This document shows positions 1 through 7,729 of a stretch of 64,000 nucleotides of DNA, in pieces. The DNA is from an uncultured bacterium. GTDB lineage: Bacteria > Krumholzibacteriota > Krumholzibacteriia > G020349025. Positions within the stretch are counted from its first letter, which is position 1. Each line of letters begins with the position of its first letter. The stretch is from the NCBI GenBank assembly GCA_964567755.1, contig CAZMNW010000061.1:4890-68889 (forward strand), given 5' to 3'. The notes under the pieces are model-generated. The model did not search any database. It saw nothing but the letters and a program-made list of their open reading frames with translations, and was not told where the DNA came from. The position numbers and the translations under genes were made by a program.

Positions 1-70
1 CAACTCAAGTCCGGAAGCTGAACCAGCTGGTCTCCTGCGCGCGTTCGGCGGAGCGCCGACCGCGCGGCGC

Positions 71-389
71 GTGACACGCGACACCGTCCGCTGCAACTTG
101 TTGCTCTGCGTGCAGCAGATCGTGCCAGCACGATGGAAGCCGAGGTACACTGGTAACGAGGCAAGTGGAGCTGGGCGGAATGATTCGCGTCATCGAGGAG
201 TCGGGAGAGCACTGCTTGTATCCGACCCCGATGCTCGTCGCGACCAACATTTCGCAGCGGGTCGCAAGGGCCTTCAAGAAATGGAGCTCGCCGCAACGGT
301 GCGGCGTGAGCGACCGGGTCGCGACGGAGTCACTCCCGTCCAACAGAGATGCACTGATCACAGGTGACAGACCTGTTGGGATGACTTGA
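71..389 (+). pseudogene. Probable decayed or frameshifted small hypothetical protein of the RVIDESGEDYLYP type often found beside TA modules
   Basis: Frame of ORF 165..389 gives MIRVIEESGEHCLYP. The matching N-terminal part (LLCVQQIVPARWKPRY) is in the frame of ORF 71..367, so a frameshift is implied. Confidence 0.35.
338..381 (+). repeat. Short imperfect palindrome resembling a degenerate integron attC site
   Basis: GTCCAAC (RYYYAAC) at 338-344. CCAACAG pairs with CTGTTGG. Inner CACTG/CAGGTG has an extra base. It is shorter than typical attC sites. Confidence 0.3.
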
Positions 390-420
390 AATCGCAGCAC
401 TGGGGTGAGAGAATCTTGTC

Positions 421-648
421 ATGATTCGAAATACGCTGGCAGAATTGTTGAAACTCCCCGTCGACCAGCGGGTGGAACTCGCCCTCGCACTGTGGGAAAG
501 CCTCGACGACAAGGAGTGCGAAGCCGAGCTCGTGCTTTCCCCAGAGCAGGAAGCGGAGCTGGATCGTCGTCTCGCAGAGCACCTGGCTAGTCCTGGGTCT
601 TCCATCCCATGGGAAGAGGTCCGGCGCAAGCTCATGGGTGGCGCATGA
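421..648 (+). CDS. Putative addiction module antitoxin (TIGR02574-like)
   Basis: 75 aa, LLKLPVDQRVELALALWESL...ELDRRL...IPWEEVRRKL pattern. ATGA overlap with the downstream toxin. Confidence 0.9.
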   Translation: MIRNTLAELLKLPVDQRVELALALWESLDDKECEAELVLSPEQEAELDRRLAEHLASPGSSIPWEEVRRKLMGGA

Positions 649-941
649 GCCTGTGGCTCGTCGTTCGGCCCGAAGCTGAGGCGGAGTTTCTCGAAGCGCA
701 AGTCTGGTACGAGTCCCGTCGCGAAGGTCTCGGTGCGAGATTTGCCGTAGCCGTCGATGCGAGCGTGGCGAAAGTTCTTGCGGCTCCGCTTGCATTTCCT
801 CGAGTCCGTGGTGACATCCGGCGCTCGCTCATCATGACTTTTCCCTACGCGATGTACTACCAGATCGTGGCGAACGAGGTAGTGATCTTGGCAATCATGC
901 ATGGTCGCAGACATCCTCGGCTGTGGCGTTCTCGGCGTTGA
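645..941 (+). CDS. RelE/ParE family type II toxin
   Basis: RPEAEAEFLEAQVWYE...FPYAMYY...VILAIMHGRRHP pattern. ATG at 645 overlaps the antitoxin stop. Confidence 0.9.
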   Translation: MSLWLVVRPEAEAEFLEAQVWYESRREGLGARFAVAVDASVAKVLAAPLAFPRVRGDIRRSLIMTFPYAMYYQIVANEVVILAIMHGRRHPRLWRSRR

Positions 942-943
942 AG

Positions 944-1020
944 GTCTAACGTGCTGCACCTGCGGAGCACCGCAGGTTGGCGGGGCAGTAGCACCACACG
1001 TTGTCGTGGCCGGACAAGTG
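944..1020 (+). repeat. attC-like imperfect palindrome just after the toxin stop, truncated at its right end
   Basis: GTCTAAC begins 3 nt after the stop codon. CACCTGCGG can pair with CCG-GA-CAAGTG (1010-1020). No terminal GTTRRRY is seen. Confidence 0.35.
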
Positions 1021-3057
1021 TCAGGCCTCGAACAACTCTGGTCGCCATTCGACGCCGAGCGCGCTCGGTGGCGCCATGTAACCGAGGAGCGCTGACGCCG
1101 CGACCACGGCGGGGCTGGCGAGATAGCCTTCGCCGCCAAAGCCCATGCGGTTCTGCCAATTGCGATTGAACGAGGTGATGGCGCGCTGCCCCGGTTGCAG
1201 CGCGTCCGGTCCTTGGCCGAAGCATGGCCCGCACCATGAATCGCGGATCTTCCCGCCCACGGAGCGTAAGACGTCGGCGACGGATTCGCCGCCCAAGCGA
1301 TCCTCTGCCTTTTCGATCAGCTGCTTGACGCCGCCCGAGCCTGGGAAGACGACGAAGTCTCCGTGGACTTGGGAATGGCCGGTGGCGCGTGCCGCGGCGA
1401 TCACGAGTGCTGCGTGCAGCAGATCGGTGTAGCTGCCGTTGGTGCACGAGCCGATGTATGCCTTGTCGAAACGCAGGCGCTCCTTGGCGACATCCTCGGC
1501 GGGGAAGGCGTTGGCGGGGCTGTGTGGCTTGGCGATCATCGGCACGATGCCGGAGAGGTCGAGCGTCTCGTCGATGTCGAAGTTGGCATCCTCGCCCGGG
1601 CGGATGGCGGGATACGGCAACGACGTCATGCCCTTGGCGCGGAACCAGGCGTTGGTGATCTCGTCGGGCGCAAAGATTCCATTCAATGCCTCGCCCTCGG
1701 CCATCATGTTGGCGATGGTGTTGCGGAAGGCGATGGGCAGCTGGCGCTTCGCGTCCACGAACTCCACCGACATGCCTTGCGACTGCTTCGCCCCCCAACA
1801 TTCGAGCAGCTTGAGCACGATGTCTTTGCCCGTCACCCAAGGTTGCAGGCGACCGCTGAAAACGACGCGTCGGGCGCGCGCCAGCGTCATGTACACGTAG
1901 CCCGTGGACCAACCGAAGCCGAGCGTGGTCGAACCAACACCGATGCCGACGGCACCGTATGCGCCATAAGCACGGCTGTGTGAATCGGCGCCCGGAATGA
2001 ACTGCCCCGGGTACACGAGCCCCTGCTCGGGGAAGTAGAAGTGGAAGATGCCGTCGCCCGGCGTGGCGTAGTAGGGCTTCTTCATGCCCTGTTGCGCCGC
2101 GAAGGCACGGCCGATGGAAGTCTGCTTGTCGTCGGCCTCCTTGCCAGTGAACACGAAGTGATCGTTGGCGACAGCGGCCTGGCGCGGGAAGATGCGCCCG
2201 CCGGTGATCTGGTTGAAGGTGTGGATGGCGAACGGGGCGGTGCCGTCGGAAGCCGGCAACAGGTCGGCGTAGATGCGCAACGTCGCTCCTGGCTTCACTG
2301 CGTCGTTCTTGTCGACGCGGTGTGCCCAGACGATCTGCTCCGTCGTGGTGAGCAAACGCGCCGTCTTTTCGTCGGGCCACTCGATCCGTGGAGCGGTTTC
2401 GACGGATCGCCGCAGCTCGCGCCGGCCGATTTCGAAGACGCCGCCGCTGCGACGGATCTCGTCTTCCTTCGCCGTCAACGGCTTGGGCGCGTAGGTCTTG
2501 GTCCGGGTCTCGTTGGTGAGCTGCCGCGTCACCGGTTCGAAAGCGAAAGCATCGCCGTCCTGCGCGTCCTCGACAGCCTCCTTGCATTGCACAACCTGCA
2601 AACCCAAGTTGAGCGCGTTGCGCCGGAAGATGTCGCCCATGTTGTCGCCGCACACGATCACCATCTGCAGATGTGCTTCCTCGGCGACCGCTTTGAGACC
2701 CGCTGGACTCATCTCACGCGACGAGCCGATGGCGAAGCGATCGCCGGCGATCAAGAAGGTCTCGCCGCGGTGCACGCGGTCTCTGAAATCGGGCATGAGA
2801 AAGCGGAAGGAACCGGCCTTCCAGCGTTCGTCCAGCGTTTCCAAACTTTCGGAGACGCAGTCCGACGCCGGTGTGATCTGATCGGTGTCGATGGCATCGA
2901 GCTTGTGGCCCGGCCGCTTCGGATCCCAAAACACGAGGGCACGCCCGCGGATGACATGTGCCGCATCCGGCGCGGCCGCGGCGCCGGAGGATTCGAGATC
3001 CGTCGCGGTCACACCCGGCTTCAGTCGTGCAGGCTGGATCGTGTGCATCGCTTGCAT
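1021..3057 (-). CDS. Aconitase-superfamily [4Fe-4S] dehydratase/isomerase; LeuD-like swivel domain fused N-terminal to a LeuC/homoaconitase-like domain
   Basis: N-terminal IDTDQITP and FAIGSSRE; then GADSHS, cluster ligands GSCTNG and CGPC, and TSFNRNW...YLASPAVVAASA. Confidence 0.9.
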   Translation of the reverse strand: MQAMHTIQPARLKPGVTATDLESSGAAAAPDAAHVIRGRALVFWDPKRPGHKLDAIDTDQITPASDCVSESLETLDERWKAGSFRFLMPDFRDRVHRGETFLIAGDRFAIGSSREMSPAGLKAVAEEAHLQMVIVCGDNMGDIFRRNALNLGLQVVQCKEAVEDAQDGDAFAFEPVTRQLTNETRTKTYAPKPLTAKEDEIRRSGGVFEIGRRELRRSVETAPRIEWPDEKTARLLTTTEQIVWAHRVDKNDAVKPGATLRIYADLLPASDGTAPFAIHTFNQITGGRIFPRQAAVANDHFVFTGKEADDKQTSIGRAFAAQQGMKKPYYATPGDGIFHFYFPEQGLVYPGQFIPGADSHSRAYGAYGAVGIGVGSTTLGFGWSTGYVYMTLARARRVVFSGRLQPWVTGKDIVLKLLECWGAKQSQGMSVEFVDAKRQLPIAFRNTIANMMAEGEALNGIFAPDEITNAWFRAKGMTSLPYPAIRPGEDANFDIDETLDLSGIVPMIAKPHSPANAFPAEDVAKERLRFDKAYIGSCTNGSYTDLLHAALVIAAARATGHSQVHGDFVVFPGSGGVKQLIEKAEDRLGGESVADVLRSVGGKIRDSWCGPCFGQGPDALQPGQRAITSFNRNWQNRMGFGGEGYLASPAVVAASALLGYMAPPSALGVEWRPELFEA

Positions 3058-3210
3058 TCCTGTGGTGAGACTGATGTCGAGTTCGCATGAGTACGGTGAA
3101 CGTCGAGAAGCTGCCAGATTGCCGGGAGTTCTGCAAGCGCCCCAGAATCAGAGGGCTCATATTGCCCGCGATCTTTGCGAGATGCGATGTCGAAGTGGCG
3201 GAAGGGCTGA

Positions 3211-4098
3211 TCATCGCAGCGCGGCGGTCACCGCGCGCAGGTGCTCGGGCGTCGTGCCGCAGCAGCCGCCGATGAGCCGGGCGCCGAGGGTGCGCCACGT
3301 TGCGGCGATGCGGCCGTACTCGACGGGCGGCGTCCGTGTGTCGGGCGCCCAGTCGCCCGCGGGCGTTTCGTGGCCGAAGTTGGCGTAGGCGCCGATGGGT
3401 CGCTTGTCGGCGGGCCAATGCATGCGCTCGAGGGCCAGAGTCACCACGTGCGGCGGCGAGCAGTTGACCAGGAAGCCGGCCACGGGCAGCGGGCGGATGT
3501 GCGCCCATGCGACATCGAGATCCTCGCCCGAGAGGAGGTCGCCCTCGCCTGCGGGATCGAGGATCAAACTGACGAGTACGGGGAGACCGGTTTCGAGCGC
3601 GACGAGCGCTGCGTCGTGCGCTTCGCGAGCGGTGTTCATCGTCTCGACGAGAAGGAGATCCACGCCCGCGGCCTGCAAATGCCGTGCGTGCAGCGTGTGC
3701 TCGCGAAGCAGCACGTCGCCGGGCGGCACACGCTCGGGATGGAAGCAATCTTCGAGCGGGGCCATGCAGCCGGCCACGAGACCGCGACCCGCATGCGTGC
3801 ACGCACGGCGCGCGAGGGCAACGGTGCGCCGCGTGAGCTCCTGGGCGTCCGCTTCGCGGCCGAGCTTGCGCAACGTGTACGGCGTCGAGCGAAATGTATT
3901 GGCCGTCAGGATATCGGCGCCAGCGAGCAAGTAGTCGCTGTGGATTTTTTCCAACACATCGGGTGCGATCGTCGCTGCTTCCGCAGTCCAGAGCGGTGGC
4001 TGCGCCGGCACACCACGCCGTTGCAACTCCGTCCCGATGGCGCCGTCCAAGAACACGACATCGCGGGATGCCAAGAGGTTTTCGAACGCACTGGCCAT
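3211..4098 (-). CDS. Homocysteine S-methyltransferase family protein (stand-alone)
   Basis: LDGAIGTELQRRG, GADILTANTF, LVNCS and IGGCCGTTPEH zinc motifs. Start re-picked at ATG 4098. Confidence 0.92.
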   Translation of the reverse strand: MASAFENLLASRDVVFLDGAIGTELQRRGVPAQPPLWTAEAATIAPDVLEKIHSDYLLAGADILTANTFRSTPYTLRKLGREADAQELTRRTVALARRACTHAGRGLVAGCMAPLEDCFHPERVPPGDVLLREHTLHARHLQAAGVDLLLVETMNTAREAHDAALVALETGLPVLVSLILDPAGEGDLLSGEDLDVAWAHIRPLPVAGFLVNCSPPHVVTLALERMHWPADKRPIGAYANFGHETPAGDWAPDTRTPPVEYGRIAATWRTLGARLIGGCCGTTPEHLRAVTAALR

Positions 4099-4297
4099 GT
4101 CACGCTCCGGATGCGCGCTGCGAGTCGATTCTGCCAGGGACCAGACGGCGGCGCCACCGCGGCGCCGGTTGCGTGCTATCTCTTGTTCGGCTAGGGTCTT
4201 CGGCTGGCGAGGCCACCGGGAAAACAGGGTGCAGCGAGCCGGGACGGCGTTGCCCAACGCGACCCCGAATCGCCGGCGAAACAAGCAGGAGATCTCG

Positions 4298-5455
4298 TTG
4301 GCCGTTGCGACCGTCGACAAGCTGCTGCAGGACGCCGCCGCTGGGCGCCGTCTCTCGACCGACGATGCCTTGCGCTTGTACCACGACGCCAATCTGCTCG
4401 ACCTCGGGCAAGCGGCACGCGCGGCGCGCTTCCGCCACGTTCCCGATCGCCGGGTCACTTACCTCGTCGACCGCAACATCAACTACACCAACGTTTGCAT
4501 CACCGACTGCCACTTCTGCGCTTTCTACCGCCCCAGCGAGTCTCATCCCGAGGCGTACACGTTGTCGCGCGCCGAGATCGCGGCGAAAATGAACGAGCTG
4601 CTCGATGCCGGCGGCACGCGCGTTCTCATGCAGGGTGGCCACAACCCGCGCCTGCCACTCGCGTGGTACGAAGATCTGCTGCGCTGGCTGCGTGCGGAGT
4701 ATCCCGAGATCGAATTGAACTGCTTTTCGCCTTCCGAAATCGACCATATCGCAGGGGTCGAAGGTTGCACGATGGAAGATGTCCTAGTGCGCCTGCAAGC
4801 GGCCGGGCTCGCCGGTCTCCCGGGCGGTGGCGCCGAGATGCTCGACGACGCGGTGCGCGGGCGCGTGAGCCCGAAGAAACAGAGCGCCACAGGTTGGTTG
4901 GAAGCGATGCGGATTGCCCAGGGGTTGGGACTCGTGACGACGGCCACCATGGTCATCGGCTTCGGTGAAACGCTCGCCCAGCGCTTGGGTCACCTGCAGA
5001 AGATTCGCGACTTGCAGGACGAGAGCCAGCGCGCGCATGGCAACGGCTTCGCCGCCTTCATCGCTTGGACCCTGCAGATCGAGAACACGTCCCTCGGCGG
5101 CAGCAAGGAACGCGAGCGCTACGGCACGAGCGCCCACGAGTACCTGCGGCTGGTCGCCATGGCACGACTCTTCCTCGACAACTTCGATCACATCCAGGCG
5201 TCGTGGCCGACGCAGGGACCGCAGCTCGCGCAGGTGGCGCTCGAGTTCGGCTGCGACGATTTCGGCAGCACGATGATGGAAGAGAATGTGGTATCCGCTG
5301 CGGGAACGAGTCTGTGCTCCGTGGCCGAGGTCTCGTTGCAGCGCCATATCCAGGACGCCGGCTATCTGCCGGCGCAACGCGATTCCCGCTACGACATCGT
5401 GCGCGTCATCCATCGAGTTCCGGACCCTGCCTCGCCCCGGCGTCACCGCGTATGA
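4298..5455 (+). CDS. mqnC: Cyclic dehypoxanthinyl futalosine synthase (radical SAM; futalosine menaquinone pathway)
   Basis: DRNINYTNVCITDCHFCAFYR (CxxxCxxC), MQGGHNP, LPGGGAE and DFGSTMMEENVVSAAG. TTG start after AGGAG. Confidence 0.88.
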   Translation: MAVATVDKLLQDAAAGRRLSTDDALRLYHDANLLDLGQAARAARFRHVPDRRVTYLVDRNINYTNVCITDCHFCAFYRPSESHPEAYTLSRAEIAAKMNELLDAGGTRVLMQGGHNPRLPLAWYEDLLRWLRAEYPEIELNCFSPSEIDHIAGVEGCTMEDVLVRLQAAGLAGLPGGGAEMLDDAVRGRVSPKKQSATGWLEAMRIAQGLGLVTTATMVIGFGETLAQRLGHLQKIRDLQDESQRAHGNGFAAFIAWTLQIENTSLGGSKERERYGTSAHEYLRLVAMARLFLDNFDHIQASWPTQGPQLAQVALEFGCDDFGSTMMEENVVSAAGTSLCSVAEVSLQRHIQDAGYLPAQRDSRYDIVRVIHRVPDPASPRRHRV

Positions 5456-5482
5456 AACAACACGCGACAAAAGGCGGACGGC

Positions 5483-6385
5483 GTGCAGAAGCAGCGGCCG
5501 CATAGGGCACCGCGTTCCCGAGGTCTCGATTTCACCCTGCATCGCCTGCAGACGGTGCTGGCGCAGATCCTGTGCTTGCTCCTCCTCGCGAGCGCGTTGT
5601 GGCTCGCGCCGGGTCTGGGTGTGCCGGTTGCGCTCGGCCAGAGCGAGACCGATACCGTGCGCGTGCGTCAGAAGAAGCTGACGCTGGAAGAGATCATCGA
5701 ACGCTGCGTGCAAGGCGAGAAAACGAAACTGGCCGGGCACCGGGACATGCGCTACACGCTCAATATTCGCGTGATGTTGTACTGGGAGAAGAAGAAGGAA
5801 ACACGCGACATCGTGTACCGTGTCTACACTGACGACACTGGCTTCAGCCGCTCCGTCCAGGCCGGAGAGGTGGTACAACGGCACGAGCTCCGCGACAGCG
5901 TCTGGGTCGAAAGCAAGGATCAGGAGGAGGACTCGAACGTCCAGGTGGAGGCGGATGGAGGATTCGGCGATTTCGTCGAGCTGCCGTTCTTTCTCGAGGA
6001 GCAGAACGAGTTTCATTTCACGTTGCTCGACCGCACCGTGGAACAAGATCACGTGATTTTCAAGATCGGCTTCGTGCCCAAATCCGAGTTCAAGGCCCTG
6101 CCGTCCGGCATCGTCTATGTCGACACCGATGCCTACCGGATCGTGCACGAGGAGTTCGACTTCGAGACCAATCCGTTTCCGTTGCTGCTGAAGGACATCA
6201 AGGGGTTTTCCCGCCATTGGGAAGAGCTTCCCGGAGGCGAGTGGGTCTTCACGCGCATCCTGATGGAGGTCGAGTTGCGCAACCTGGCATTCGGCCGCCT
6301 GCCACGCCGCGCCGCCGCCGCGATTTCGCGCCAACATTTCGAGTTCGACAAGGGTTACGACGCCCGCATCTTTGGGGAGCGTTGA
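5483..6385 (+). CDS. Exported hypothetical protein resembling the N-terminal/periplasmic part of DUF5686-type proteins
   Basis: Hydrophobic signal segment; KIGFVPKSEFKALPSGIVYVDTDAYRIVHEEF pattern. Confidence 0.6.
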   Translation: MQKQRPHRAPRSRGLDFTLHRLQTVLAQILCLLLLASALWLAPGLGVPVALGQSETDTVRVRQKKLTLEEIIERCVQGEKTKLAGHRDMRYTLNIRVMLYWEKKKETRDIVYRVYTDDTGFSRSVQAGEVVQRHELRDSVWVESKDQEEDSNVQVEADGGFGDFVELPFFLEEQNEFHFTLLDRTVEQDHVIFKIGFVPKSEFKALPSGIVYVDTDAYRIVHEEFDFETNPFPLLLKDIKGFSRHWEELPGGEWVFTRILMEVELRNLAFGRLPRRAAAAISRQHFEFDKGYDARIFGER

Positions 6386-6387
6386 GG

Positions 6388-7695
6388 ATGCGATTCCGCG
6401 TTTCAATGCTGGCCTGGAGTGTGGCGGTCATCGGCCTCGCCAGTGGGTTCGAGCCGGTTGCCGCCCAGAATCCCGGCCAGGGTGCGGCCGCCGACAGCGT
6501 GGGCGAAAGTCTGCACGAACGCCTGCAACGCGAAGGCGCTCAACGGTTCGATCCCGAGTTGCTCGAATCCAATCGCTCCTTCCAGGACTCGGTCCTCGCC
6601 AGCCTCGACTCACTGGGACTCGAGGCGCAAAAGAAGAAAACGCGCTTCCGTCTTGGTGTCGATTTCAATCTCGGCGAGCGACTGTGGAACTACAATCGCG
6701 TCGAGGGCTTGGTCGCCGCCGCTGGCATTGGCCTGAAGCGGGGACGTGACGACGAACCCTGGGCCACGTTTCAGGGCGGCTATGCTTTCGGCAGCGAGAA
6801 ATTCCGCCACCTCGAGACTCTCGAGATCCCGATCGGTCCCGAGACTTGGGGCCTCGCTACCGCCGCATCCTTCGGCGAGCGCGTCGTGCCCTACGGCTCG
6901 AACCGCCCGCGCTGGAACAGCCTGCGCGCGTTCGTGGGCGGAGAAGATGCGCAAGAATACCTCGGCAGCCGCGGCGGCGGCGCTTTTCTGCACTGGCGCA
7001 AGTGGCGGAGCGTGCGGCTGTCAGCAGGTTACGAGGCGGCCGAAGAAACGAGCGTCGCAGCAACAACCGAGTTCGCTTTGTTCGGCGACATGGCCCCGGT
7101 CAACATCCCGGTTCAAGACGGAACCGACCGCGCCATCGTCGCCCGGCTCCATCTCGGCTCGCTCGCGCGCCACATGGTGCGCCTCGACGCCGAGCATCGC
7201 GTCGCCGGCGGCGACATAGGCGGCAGCTTCACTTACAATCGCACCGATCTCGATCTCACATTGCGACGCTATTTCTGGCGCCAGGAGCTGGTGCTGCAAA
7301 CGCACTATGTGCACACGGGCGGCGATGCACCCGTGCAGCGTCTTGCGGATATCGGTGGCGTGAGCACGGTGCGCGGCTGGAAGCAGCGCGCACAGGTCGG
7401 GGAGTCGTCGCTCGCCGCGCGGCTGGAGTATCTCATTCCGTATGACCTCTTCGAGCGAGCGCGAATCCCCATCTTGTGGCGATTGCAGCTCCAGCTCGTG
7501 CCCTGGGCCGACGCGGGGCGAACCTGGGATGGTGCCGCGGATGTCTGGATCACGTCCGCAGGCCTGGGTGTCCAACATTTCCTGGGGGATTTTGGCGCGC
7601 CGACCTCTCTCCGCTTCGACGTGGCGCTGCCCATGGGCCCGGACCGCTCGCGTGACGTGCGGCTCGAGCTACACTTCGTCCGCGGTGTATTCTGA
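6388..7695 (+). CDS. Outer-membrane beta-barrel protein (DUF5686 C-terminal/Omp85-like barrel)
   Basis: Signal peptide, WNYNRVEG motif, amphipathic strands and C-terminal Phe (RLELHFVRGVF). Confidence 0.7.
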   Translation: MRFRVSMLAWSVAVIGLASGFEPVAAQNPGQGAAADSVGESLHERLQREGAQRFDPELLESNRSFQDSVLASLDSLGLEAQKKKTRFRLGVDFNLGERLWNYNRVEGLVAAAGIGLKRGRDDEPWATFQGGYAFGSEKFRHLETLEIPIGPETWGLATAASFGERVVPYGSNRPRWNSLRAFVGGEDAQEYLGSRGGGAFLHWRKWRSVRLSAGYEAAEETSVAATTEFALFGDMAPVNIPVQDGTDRAIVARLHLGSLARHMVRLDAEHRVAGGDIGGSFTYNRTDLDLTLRRYFWRQELVLQTHYVHTGGDAPVQRLADIGGVSTVRGWKQRAQVGESSLAARLEYLIPYDLFERARIPILWRLQLQLVPWADAGRTWDGAADVWITSAGLGVQHFLGDFGAPTSLRFDVALPMGPDRSRDVRLELHFVRGVF

Positions 7696-7729
7696 GGGCG
7701 GAGTGCAGCCGAAACATACAGGTGGATGC

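Noticed and set aside
857-2653. Long alternative-frame ORFs (e.g. 857..2653, 23746..25599, 24722..26329, 38274..39518, 47004..49148, 55122..57176)
   Set aside because: Arg/Ala/Pro-rich shadow ORFs overlapping well-supported genes, as expected at this GC content; no motifs.
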